Positions 1 to 11,997 of a stretch of 64,000 nucleotides of DNA are shown here, one piece after another; positions within the stretch are counted from its first letter, which is position 1, and each line of letters begins with the position of its first letter. The DNA lies in assembly GCA_964187785.1 (NCBI GenBank), contig OZ076409.1, positions 66,342,001-66,406,000 on the forward strand. Direction: 5' to 3'. The stretch is from Amphiscolops sp. MND2022. Lineage: Eukaryota. Position numbers and translations under genes: made by a program. The notes beneath the pieces are model-generated. The model worked only from the letters and a program-made list of their open reading frames with translations, did no database searches and was not told the origin of the DNA.

Positions 1-520
1 CATGTTTTTCATGGCTTCATCTTTGAAAAATCATTTCACACCTCGAATGCTGAAAACGACTTTCAAGTCACGTACAAACTTTTGTATTCCTGATAAACTT
101 GTTGAAAAGGAATTCAGTATTTTAAAAGTTAACTGTTTTCTATCAATCTTTTTCGTAGCCTTCAACGTGCCTTCTCTTCTGCTCTTATGTGACAGGAACA
201 GGTACTTAATTAATACCTATAAATGTTACAAGTACAAATAAAGTGTTACTAGTAGAAGTACTAGTGTTACTAGTACAAATGAATACAAATAGGAAAAAAC
301 AGACTATTTAGTTTATACAGTCTACATGAGTTCGTCTGTCATAAACATACACAAACATACAGCCGGTAGAAATTTTGTCTCCAGATTTTTTCGCCAGAAA
401 ATTCGTCGAATGGGCTAATTCCGTGTTCAGAAATCTCGTCGTGAGAATTTTCCTCGTATTGATAAAAATTGAAAGCATTTAAATAAAAATAATTACCAGG
501 GACTGCGAAACGAATTATTC

Positions 521-555
521 AACAAGACGCCCGCTGACCAGCAGGATATTTTCCG
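521..555 (-). mobile_element. 3' end fragment of HINE-like family B
   Basis: aacaagacgcccgctgaccagcaggatattttccg is the reverse complement of the family-B end seen at 5043-5078 and 38211-38246. Confidence 0.6.
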
Positions 556-765
556 TTTTAACTATTCCAGCAATGACATATTTTTGAGGCTCAAGAGTAG
601 CCATTGCACTATGAAAACGCATAGAGGTGTGATGAAAAAAGGTTTGACACTTTTTGAATAATGTCATGCCATTTCAGAGGGGAACACTTCAAAGAAGACA
701 CCACGCACCCATTTGGTTATTCGTCAGATTGTGTGTATTCCAAAACCTGACCAATTGATTTTTCT

Positions 766-2520
766 TCAAATTTGCGCAAAGTCGCCAAAAACGTCAAAAT
801 TTCTACAATTTTGCTTTTTCGACAAATTTGCGGTCATTTGAGGAACTTTTACAAGAAACTGTAGATGTCTTTTTAAAAACGCCTTATGAATAACGGGTCC
901 AGTCGTTCTTGAATAACAAAACTGCTCGAAACGTTTACAAAAAAAGTATATCAACACTTCAAAAACAAAAAAAATAATTTTCACTAAATTTCAAGTCGTT
1001 CTGACGAACTTTTTGCAAACACAATTGTAGATTTCTTTTTCAAAATCCTGCATGCCTACTCCAAAAGGTTAGACTGCTGGATTATAGGAAGTTTTGGTAA
1101 CTTTCAATAGAAGTTCACTAATTTGTCGAACAACTGCCAAAACTTGTTTTTTTTTCGACTATTTTCGGGTAATTTTGAGGCTCTTTTCTAACGTGAAACT
1201 GCAATTCACCTTCAAAAAATCTACTGAAAAACGCATTTGTTCGCTGTTGAGGATTTTCTGTCTTCCAACGATGGAATTTTCTCGAAAAATTCAGAACTTT
1301 GCAAAAGAAACGTTGAATTTAGACTTTTTATTTCCGACTCACCAGGGTCACTTTTGAAGTACTTTTGAAGCAAAATAAAAATATTTTCTTCAACTTAGCA
1401 TACTGCATAGCTAGCTTTTTCGTTTTCGAGTGTTTTGAACTTTCCTAGTCACAAAACTTTTCAAAATTTGAACACATACTGCAGGAAAAACTACAACTTT
1501 GAAGTATTTCTGATGTAAAGCACTGTAATTTTCTCATCAAGAAGGGAAACTACATACCAGATTCTATCACCTTTGATTGTTTCGAACCATCTAACTCAAA
1601 AAATTCCTAAAAATTGTACCCAAATAATATGAAGAACCTACATAAACTAGAAATTTTTGGAGTTTTCGACAATTTCTGAGTCAAATTAAAGCACGTTTGT
1701 TACCAGAAACTGGCACTCATCCCACCAAAAAGCCCACCGGACAACGCTTTCAGTTGTTGTTGAATCGTTTCAGAGCTCTAATCCATGAAAAAGTTGAAAC
1801 GTTTACAAAAATTGCGTTGTAAAATACAAAAATGTGAAAAAAGTAAGATCCATGTGGGGGGTCCATGTTGCAATTCTTTTTTACGAATCTGCACTTATCT
1901 CCGCAAACAACCCTATTGGACCACGAAATCATTCGTTGTTGAAGGTATTATAAGTTCTGATCCATGAAATCTTTAGAAATTTGACAAGAGTTGCATGAAA
2001 ACGTCAAAAATTGGTACATTTTGAAGTTATTGTCATTTTTGGTCGCAAATTGTGCGTTTTTTTTCATTACAAAACTTCGTTTGTTCCTAAAAAAGCCTTC
2101 CTGACAACCAATTTGTTCTTTGTTGAATGTCTTTGAAATTCTGAGCCACCAAGGCTTTCCAAAGTTACACAAAAACTGCATAAATTTTCGAGTTTTTTTG
2201 TCAATTTGGGTCTAAATTTGAGGCATTTTTCCATTTAAAAATTGCATTTATTTCTTTGAAAAGCCTCTTGGGTAACATTTTTTTCCTCTTTGGATTGTTT
2301 TCAACATTCAAAGCCAGGAATTTTATCGATCATTTGACAAAAATTGCATAAAATTGGAAAGTTTTGCAGTTTTTACTACTTTTGGGGTCATTTTTGGGTC
2401 GTTCTGGGGTCTTTGAAAGCAATCAAAAAAGTCCAAAAATTTCGACAAAGACATACCGCATGATACTAATTTTACATCAGTTGATTTCTATGGGTGAAAC
2501 CCTTCAGCTAGGATATAATT
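766..2520. repeat. Degenerate AT-rich tandem-like array with a conserved terminal motif
   Basis: Recurrent motif ttttcgac.a.tt..ggtcatttgagg; ends near cagttgatttctatgggtgaaacccttcagct (about 2477-2508), whose reverse complement occurs at about 41078-41110. Boundaries approximate. Confidence 0.5.
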
Positions 2521-4867
2521 TATTTCTTGGCAAATTTTGTAAAAAAAACCGTTTGATTTAAATATTTTCCTTTTCCATATGAAATATGGACGGAAAATAA
2601 TTATTTAAATTCCGAATTCAGATTTTAAGAACAGTATTCAATTTAACCCCAGAATTTTTTTGAAAGCTTTCGGGATGACAATACGTGACCTATAGGTAAC
2701 TCTCTACTGCGAAGCCCCTCAGTTTTGATCAAACGCAATTGCTACGAGCTTCGCGTTGAGCACATCAAAGAAACTTTTTTGGTTGATCGTTTGGTTGAAA
2801 ATTTTTTGGTTGGAACTCTCTGGTTGGAAAATCTTGAAAGTGAATTTCAAGGAAATTTCTTCGGCTAAAACTGCTTCTCGAGAAAATTGAATTGATCAGA
2901 CTCTTAGCTCCTAAAAGCGCTGAATCATATCGTTCTCAGAAATTTTAACCTCAAATGTCTGTTGAAAGATTTCTAGCTCATCATTAGGTGAACAAAAGTG
3001 AAAGTGAAGGTCAATATTGGCGCCACTAGTTCTAGGTGTTTCGAGCGAATGCAGTAAAACTCTCGACTGCAGTTTCGTTAGGGATAGCAAGCACAAATTT
3101 GCCCGCTGTTTTCCATATTCATGTGAAAATAATCAAAGAGTCGGGATGGTTTCTCGAGCGAGGACTACCGTGTACATATTTCAAGAAACACTTGAAACAC
3201 TTAGTTCCAACCAATGCCAAACAAAAAAATACGTTCTAACTCTCACATATGCAAAACTTTGTTGTTTCGTTGCAATCTTATGTCATTTGATTGCAAAAAC
3301 CGCATTTGTTGACAAACAAAGTTTAGGTAATAATAGTTAGGGCTTTTACTCAGAAATCATCCTAAGATAATGCCTGGAAAGATATAGTACCAGTTTTTTC
3401 ATTCTTAAAATGTGATCTGTTTTCAAATTATGTCGTACAAGAACCACTTTTCAGACTTCGCACATCGCTTAAACTCATCAACAAACATCGGTGTCTCAAA
3501 CATTGTTTCTTGAATTCAATTATCTTTGGATACGATAATTCTTCCATGTCTTTTACAGTGTCTTTTTCCACATTGTGAATTACACACGAGATCTCAAAAA
3601 CTTACATTTCTTCAACTATTTCACTCTTTTATCAATATTGATGGAAAACGGTTGGTTGATTCCCTTGTATGGCTTGAAACCAACCAACATTTGTACATCA
3701 TCAAGTCTGTTTAATTTCAATCATCATGATTATCATTGAAAATGTTGCCAATTCTTTATGGTCATTCTTCCACTCCCACCATTTCGGTATGTAAGAACGA
3801 TGCCAACTAATTTGTCAACTCATTTTGGGAAATGCAATTGATGAAAAAATAATTGTCAGAAGCTTGCCTCCGTCTCATTTTTAACAATTTATAGCCGTTT
3901 CCAACGTCTCGAGAATTAATACAAGTATTGGTTATGTCAAAATGTTTAAAGTAAAGAAATTTCATTCTGTCAGCTAGCGCTCTGGTTTCTAATTTTTTCA
4001 CAAGTCAATAATTTAATCATTTGCTCTGCATCAGTCTCATCTCTGCCTTTTTGCTACGTGGTTTTGTGTAACGTTTCCAAATTAGAAACCACTGTCCACC
4101 GTGAAAACCAACAAAATTCGAGATTTCGTCCAGATTTTTGAAACCAACGGTTTGAATTTTTAAAAAATGAATATTACCAAAACACTTCTGATGTTTCAAC
4201 AGCAGAGTACAAAATAAAGAGTACGCTGGAGAAACTAATCTTATCGTTTTGTATTTTCGACACACTTCTGACCCCTTGTACTTTCACGTCTCGTTGGGAG
4301 TCGCTTTTCAAGATTAGGTTGAGTTGGAACACTTAAAATTTCTCATCCAGAATAGAGTATTTATTTAATTTATTTGTTGGTACAAAAATACAACTTTATA
4401 CTCAACAAAGAAAAAGGACGAAGAAAGCTGGCTGGCTCGACGACAAGACGTGGTCACCCTCAGAATGAAAATTTGAAGACCACTTTTTGATAGTTTTTTG
4501 CGGTTACGCTGTTTTTTTGAGGTTCCGCTCTATAAATGAGCAGTAGAAAAAGTTGAAAACCACTCTAACATCTGACATGTATATCAATTCAATAATTCGA
4601 ACGAGTCGTTTCATCAGATTTCTGTCTAGACTTTTGGACATCATCAGGAATAACACCTTAGAGTTTCAACCAATTTACGCTTTCACGATAATATTTTAAA
4701 TAATCATTGACTTTCCTTTGTTTTGGGTATTATGGAGGGCAGTAGGCCTGTTTTGCTTCAAGTAATAACTGAACAAAACAATCAGTCATATGCCTAAGTG
4801 GTGACTCAAAACGCAGTTGTCTAAAAAGTTTGCTCACCAGTTCACTGTTAAGATGTCGTCCTTTCTA

Positions 4868-5078
4868 TTTTCCGCCCACATATAATGGGGGAGGAAAATC
4901 ATAATCTGTGTTGCGTTTTTTTCCAAATTCTGCGAAATATCAACGATCTCCATCCACTATTTGACTATTTCTAAAAATAGTCAAGTAACTAAAATAGCTA
5001 TAGCTGAGCACCGTGATTAAGCACATATATGACTCAATTGAAGCGGAAAATATCCCGGTGCTCAGCGGGCGTCTTGTC
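4868..5078 (+). mobile_element. Non-autonomous HINE/Helentron-like element, family B
   Basis: 5' ttttccgc and 3' gcggaaaa subterminal inverted repeat, then hairpin cccg-gtgctcag-cggg and cttgt end; body shared with copies at 17295 and 38035. Confidence 0.6.
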
Positions 5079-5214
5079 ATATATGTGCTGAAAAGAATCT
5101 TTAGAACATTGCTCTCAGTATTCGTCTCTGTGTTTCGTTTATAGGCTCCAAGCTCTTTTTGGTGCGCTGCCACAGCTAAGTAAAACATAGCTAATCATAG
5201 ACTTATTTTGCATA

Positions 5215-6510
5215 TAGCGTTGGACAAAAATAATGAGAATAGAATAAACACATTTTATTCGAAAACTGAATATATTAAAGAAATATATATTATGTCAACT
5301 TTAAGAAGAAACAATTAGTATCATAAAAACATAGTCAATATTTTACTAGTTTTCCGTCATTTTTGACACATTTCGAAAATCGTTCGTAAGTTGCATCTAT
5401 CAATTTCTTCCTCGTCTCTAAATCCAGAATTGTGCGACAATCCCAAGCATATTGTCTAAGTTCGTTAAGATTTTTCGGATTTTTCTTCTCAATCTCATGC
5501 TTGAATATCTGCCACACATTCTCAATAGTCCAAAGATTGGGTGAATTCGGTGGCGACTGCAAAAGTTGAATGCCATGCCCTGACAGGTAATCTCGAGTGC
5601 TGGCTGCTGTATGTGGGGTCGCGCCGTCCTGTTCAAGAATCCAACCGTCTGGATAAAGCTTATTGGCATAAGGTATGAAGTAGGCAAGGGTGTCCTGGTA
5701 CAATTCAGAGTTAACATTCGCATTATTTTGGTAGATATGCATGAAAAAGCCTTTTTTCGACAGAGCACTCCAGACCATAATTTTTTGGGAGATTTTCGGG
5801 ACCTTTTTCTTAGGATACGAGCTGTTCTTTGATGACCAAACTTTGATGGTATTTCGATGCAACTGGAAGGTAGACTCGTCTGTTAAGAAAACATTATCGA
5901 AGAATCCTGGAACATTGAATTGCTTGCAGAAGTCCAGTCGTTTGATCTCTTGCTTTTGGGAAATATTCGGAACTTTCTTTGGCATTTTGTTTGATATTCC
6001 GGATCTCAAGAGTGTCCGATGGTATGTCCGGGAGGACACTGAATGTTCGTGAGATTTTTCGAAGCAATTTTTAACGTCTGCGACTGAAAAAAAAGAGGAT
6101 TTCTCAAAGCAATTTGCGTAATTGCCTTTTTTTGGGATGCAGAAAATTTCTGAGGGCGAACTCTTCCTTTTCTTATTTCCAAGCTTTCTCCATTGCGAAT
6201 TCTTCCAATTTTTCGATATACGGTAGCTAATGAAAGGCCTGTTCTTTCACATAATTCTCGCGGATTTTTTGAACCATTTCGATAGAGAAATTCAAGTACA
6301 CAGTTAACGTTTTTCATTTTTAAAATGAACTCAACAAAATGGAAGTTTATACTGAATTTAGCGCGGGTAAAAAAAATTTGAACATGCCTCAAGTTAAACC
6401 ATAATACATTGAAAAATTTTAGCAAAGGAAATTTTGATTTGATTTCGCTAACAGATGATATGTTCTTTTCAAAAAAATATAAGTATTCTCATTATTTTTG
6501 TCCAACGCTA
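5215..6510 (-). mobile_element. Tc1 DNA transposon, near full length
   Basis: Perfect 27-bp TIRs tagcgttggacaaaaataatgagaata (5215-5241 and 6484-6510), TA at 5213-5214 and 6511-6512, transposase inside. Confidence 0.95.
5335..6317 (-). pseudogene. Tc1 transposase (DD34E) split by one frameshift
   Basis: N-terminal HTH (MKNVN...GRVRPQK) in one frame; FLTDES, LEQDGATPH and NLWTIENVW in another, with 34 residues between the second D and E; frames switch at the A8 run 6087-6094. Confidence 0.92.
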
Positions 6511-8307
6511 TAGATTGTTGAGCAAAATTCGAAAATTCAATTCTTCTAAATCGCGATGAACTAATTTCCCGAACTAAAACGGGAAAAATATTTTCTATTA
6601 TTCTAAAGATAGTAGATTTTCGAAACTGACAACGAACCTATTTCTCTAAACAATTTTGAAACCACACTTTCCTTCTCCAATATAAAATACAATTTTGTAC
6701 CAGTGTGTTGCTGCTGTCTGAAAAACCTTGTGAAGTCCACAAAACAAGATTTCGGAAGCTAGCAAACAAATTAGCGTACTAGGGCACCAAGAAACAAAAG
6801 ACACTCGAATTTTTCGTTTCGTAGTCGAATCAGAATTTTTAAAGTTAGATAAGTTAGATGACATGGTATTTTTAGAGTTTAGGAATCTTTCAAACTTTAT
6901 TTCGCAATATCTCAGAAACTATTTGCCGTAAGAAATACTCTCTTGATAGTTTCTGTAAATTTGACACAGTTCTTCAACTTTTATTCAAAACAATCTTTCT
7001 GAAATTTTTTTCCTGGAAAATGAACAGCAAAACAGTTGTAAATCCTTCAAAAATGTTTTAACGGAGTAAAAATTGATAAGTATTTTTCAGAAAAAGTATT
7101 GAAAGTCAAAGGTTAGAGATCTGTCTCAAAAAAACAAAGTTCGTTGCAAACTTTTTTTGTTATGAAGACCAAATATATTGGTTTCCGATATATTGTATGA
7201 AAACTTTAGAAATTGCCCTGAGTCAAAATGAAGCTACGGGATCACTGTTGTATATTTTCTTTGATTCCAAAAAATATCTTTGTAATTCTGATCAACATTT
7301 GAGAACGTTTTGCACATTGCACTTTTGCGTCAATTGATCATGTTAAGTTTTATTGCGATTTGAAATTTTTCATTAGCGAAATTGAGTGTCTTTAGCATTT
7401 TGGTACCTTAGCGAATAACTGCCTTCCGTCCTTCTTTCATATATGGTATTTTGTGAATTGAATCTCTCCCTTTTTTGAACTAAGTGGTTTTCAGAAAGAC
7501 CTTTTCTTTGTTTAGTTATCAAAGACTATCAGTCAAATGGTTCTAGATCTATCAATTGTTAATGTAGAGTTATTTAAGAAATAGAAACAAAAACATCAAA
7601 CGGCCTCAATTATTTCAGTTTGTTGATTGACATCTCAAAACAGATCGCTCGCGGTTACACACAGGGATGACAGAAATTCACGGGGTTATTAGTTAAGTTC
7701 AAGGAGCATTTCACGAGGGAGAAATTCAAAATTCACGCTTCAATAAACACATATCACGAACTAAACGCCACGTTTTTCTACATTTTTTCTCTTTTTTCCA
7801 TGTCGCCAAATTTCCTCTGAATTTACGTTTACGTTTTCAGGCAAACAAGTCGGAAAGAGTTTTTTTCATACTCGAGCAATACTGAAAAACCAAGCATTCC
7901 ATTGCGTAAATATCTGAGGAAACACTGGCCTGATAACAGTTGTCATTGCGGGAAATCTTCACCGAAAAATCAACAAAATGCCTTCTCAATTACTGGTGAT
8001 CGTCAACTATATTCAAATGTCACAAATTTATGCCAGCCAGTTTTACACGCAAATGTCACGATCTACACGCGAAATAACAGAACTTTAGTCGAATTCATGT
8101 CATGTCAGGATCACACCGTCTAACAGTCAGTTACAATTCTGTCACTTGTCACCTGTGAAGCTCAAACCTAAGCTGTTTTATACACGAACGTAGTTCTTCT
8201 ATGTTCGTTCTAATTCATTTTTTAAAATTTTAATGGAGATGTAGTTCATCGACTCGTTTTTGGTCAACCTCGGAAACGCATCTAAGTTGATGCAAAGGGT
8301 ATTTTCA

Positions 8308-8740
8308 TTTTTAGTCGGTGCTTTTCGTAGAGGCTTTTTTAAGACAAACGAAGTGACAGATTTTGAATGCTTTATAAATTGTTGCTTCTACCTACTGCAA
8401 CTGCCACACTAATTTTGTAACTTCTACTGCCACGTGGCAAAGAGGTTAATCAGCATTTTTTGAGGTCTGCGAAGCAGAAAGACGTGGGTTCGAGTTTTTT
8501 TTGATATTTTGCAACAGAATGGATGTTCAAAAAACCCCAAAGGGTCCCCCTTTCACAATTTTCGGCACTATGCGACTGTTTCAATTTATCGTTTTTCATT
8601 TTTTCACAAAAAAATGTCTCCAAAAGGTCCCCTTTAAATTTTTTGATATTTCGCAACAAATGAGATTTTCAAAAAGCCCAATTTTCGGCATTGTGAGATT
8701 TTTTCAATTTCTGTCTTAAATATTTCTCAGGTTTTCTCGA
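8308..8740 (+). mobile_element. 3'-truncated HINE-like family A copy
   Basis: Starts tttttagtcggtgc; shares body, tRNA-like gggttcgag and agggtcccccttt motifs with 8741-9276. Confidence 0.6.
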
Positions 8741-9276
8741 TTTTTTAGTCGGCGCTTTTCGAAGAAAAACGCAGACTATAGTAGTGACTTCTTTTTTTTA
8801 AGACCAACGAACTGACAGATTTTATAAATTTTATAAGTTGGCACTAAACCGGCACTAACACTAAACTGTGTCACACTACTTCACTGCCACTTGGCCACTA
8901 CGGCTTTTTCGAGGTCTGACAAGCAGAATGACATGGGTTCGAGTCCCGCCATGACCAAAATTTTTTTGTGCAAATTTTTTTCAGCTTTGTGAGACTTTTT
9001 TCGCAAATATCTCCAAAGGGTCCACCCTTCATTTTTTTGTCTATTTTGCAAAAGAATGGATGTTAAAAAACTTCCAAAGGGCCCCATTTTACATGTTTCG
9101 GCACTATGCGACTTACGGGAGACCAAAAAAAAATTAAAAATTTTCAAAAAAAAATGGATTTTTTTTCAATTTTTCCTCAAACGGGTACTGTAAAAGAGAA
9201 AACTTGACACTTTGAAGTCCTTTTGTTATTTTTGAGCCTTAGATATGGCGCCGACTTGGGCCGTTCCCGGCTTGTT
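8741..9276 (+). mobile_element. Complete HINE/Helentron-like element, family A
   Basis: T-run + agtcggcgc (8747-8755); inverse gcgccgact (9248-9256), hairpin gccg-ttcc-cggc (9260-9271), ttgtt end; internal B-box-like gggttcgagtccc (8935-8947). Confidence 0.7.
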
Positions 9277-9514
9277 CTTATTTCTTTCCTGAATCAACGA
9301 AGGTATCCATAACTTTACATTCGATAGTTGTTCAATAATCCAACTTCGCCTCAACGTCCCTTTGCGCCCATCAGCATATTGTTACGGGCAGGACATTCAC
9401 AGTGCAATATGTTTCTGTCAAATGACGATCTCACACTGAATGGTCCACTTTTACAATCTCCGCTACACTCCTGCGGCCACTGTGGCCCAGCATTTCAAAT
9501 ACGAATTTTTGACG

Positions 9515-9772
9515 TTAATTCCGAAGTAAGTTGCGTTTCACTATAGAGGATGTCGATGTCCGTAAAAATTGTTCTTTATCCGAATTTTGATGCTATAACC
9601 GTACTATGATGCGTTTCACTAAGGAGACTGATGTCCGAAAACAAGCGCTCCTAATGGTTCTTGCACAGTATTTCCGAGAATTTGCAAGATTGCCGTTATA
9701 TCCGAAGTAAATTGCGTTTGGCTAAGCAGAAGGCGGATGTTTGAAAATATTGCGCTATGTCCCAATTTAGGT
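9515..9772. repeat. Degenerate short tandem repeat (about 3 copies)
   Basis: tgcgtttcacta...gatgtccg.aaa recurs near 9533, 9610 and 9713. Confidence 0.55.
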
Positions 9773-11522
9773 TTTTTTAAGACCAGCGAACAAACACATT
9801 TCTGTATGCATTTCTTTAAGGTACCTTAGTATAATCTAAATCCCACTTGTTTGAGATTCTTATGATTAATAGATTTCACTCAAAAACGCCTTGAGTATAT
9901 TTTCAAAATTTTGAGCTTTTTGAGCTTTAAGCGGGGCATCTTGTTGATTCATCCAGGCATTTATTCACTCAATTCAGCAGGCTTTTTTAATGAACTTTCG
10001 TTTCAGCATTTCGTTCATTCTTGTAGTTTCAAGCATTTTCCGTTCGTTCGTTTCCAAGTTAAAGTTTCCAGGGGCCTTTGACGAAAGGTTTTCTATCATT
10101 TTTAGGATTTTTCTTTGACCCATCTCAGTTTTTCTTATTATCTTCCCGACAGATTTTTATACTCTTTCGGAAATTTCCGGAAGCCCTTGTCTGAGATACT
10201 AGGTACACTTTCGGTCCTTTGACTATCAGTTTTGGGCTCTTCTATTGAACTGGCTGGTGAATCTCTCATTGCCTTTCTTTTTGATGAACGTTCTGGCATT
10301 ATAGGTTTTAAGCTGTAATTTCGATTCGAACTTTACTGGTCTTTTTCGTCTTGTTCGCTGGAAGAATGAAAAAAATGAGAAATTTTGAATGAATTTTTTG
10401 TTTACCGAGGATTGAGATGACCAACAAATTGGTTTTACAAAAACTATTCTACTGTTTATTCTACGGAGAAACCCAAACGTTGTCATGACCTCGGTTGTGG
10501 TAACCGATCAGCCTTTGATCGAAAAGATGGTTGAAAACTAATCAGGGGGTATACATTTTTCAATTTCTTCGGCCAGATTTTCACGAAAAAAGATCAACTA
10601 CTGTCGAACAGTTCCAAATTTTTTGAAAAAGGTTCAGATTTCTTTATATGAAAAAATTTCCTAAAATTTTTGACTGCCTGTGCTCTCAGAAGCTTCAGAA
10701 TAACACTAATGAATTACAAGCTTTGAAAACAAACCTCGAATCCTACTTCGCTTATCGTAGCGTAAGATCGTAGCGAGATCGTATCGCTCATGGACTTCAA
10801 GTTCCGATTTGTACAACGAATCATACTGCGAGAAGACTCACTGCATGAAGTCAAAAAATAAATTTTCACCAAGTAGTATGTCGCAGCAACTTTGTTGCCT
10901 AACTTATCCAATTCACTACGTTTTTCAAGGTCCTTTCCTTTTGCGATAGCGCTTCTAGCATTTACTGGCATAACATTTTTGATTCATGATTGATATAAGT
11001 AAGAGAGTAAGACTGAAAGTTGCCTAAAAATAGTGAAATTATCTGAAGTCTTCTCAAATTTGGTGGTACTTGAGTGCACAGGTATTTACCATCGTTTAGC
11101 GTACCAGATAAACTCTTCAAGGCATAAACGTTTCCATTTGAGGGTTCATCTGCTTGGTTGAAAAACAACATTTTCTAGATTATTTGTTTGCAAATCATAC
11201 GGCAATTTTGTAGGATAATTGTCTAAATGATGCTTGGAACCGTAGTGATTCGTTTAAGATGCTAGCGTTCGTTGCGGACACTCCATACGAACGCTTTCAA
11301 ACGCTTTGTAGTACGATCTTACAACCTTGCGCCTATCTCAGTGCGAATTGTGACAGGAACACAGCTAAGATTTTGGCATGATCATGTACCAATCGTATTA
11401 CGATCGTACTACAGTTTGCATGGATGGTCAACCTGGTCAGCTTTTTATTAGTAACTTGGCAATACAATCCCAAAGCATCACCAAAAACAATCGTGAGGTG
11501 AAATTTTCAAAAGACAACCGAG

Positions 11523-11997
11523 TTTTTAGTCGGCGCTTCATGAAGTGAAATGCGACTATTGTAGTGACTCTTTTTTTTCAATCCACACGAACTGACCAAA
11601 ATAGTTCTTAAAAATTCTAAGAAATTTTATGGTCCCAAATTGAATCATTTGGCTTAGCGAACTGAACCAAAAAGGTTTTTCCTCTTTTTCCATGTAACAT
11701 ACAATACCGGGAGAGACTAAAGGGTCCCCCTTTCAGTTTTTTCGGCACTTTGAGACTTTTTCAAATTTTTTTTAACCCAAAGGGTCCCCCTTTCAATTTT
11801 TCTGATATTTGACAACAATGGATGTTAAAAAAATCCAAAAGGAAAACTAGCGGGCACCCGACGTGCCAATTCGGCCCAACTTTTGTACTGTAAAAGAATA
11901 CTTGATACTTTCAGGTACTGCAAAAGAATACTTGACACTTTGACGTCCTTTTGTTATTTTTGAGCCTTAGATATGGACCTTAGATATCGGCTCGTTT
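11523..11997 (+). mobile_element. HINE-like family A copy with rearranged 3' end
   Basis: tttttagtcggcgc start; gagccttagatatgg near the end with local duplication of ccttagatat. Confidence 0.65.

Noticed and set aside
3440..4330. Possible piggyBac transposase remnant on the minus strand (KGRDETDAEQMIKY...TRALADRMKF)
   Set aside because: Similarity too weak by eye; no TIR or TTAA boundaries found; needs a translated HMM search
7660..8125. Cluster of tcacg motifs starting cagggatgac, possible hAT MITE
   Set aside because: No matching right TIR or TSD found
8880..8955. tRNA gene suggested by gggttcgagtccc
   Set aside because: No complete cloverleaf or clear A box; part of a dispersed repeat (same at 8486, 29737, 38175)
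10750..11436. Inverted gatcgta / tacgatc motif clusters, possible MITE
   Set aside because: Termini and TSD could not be defined
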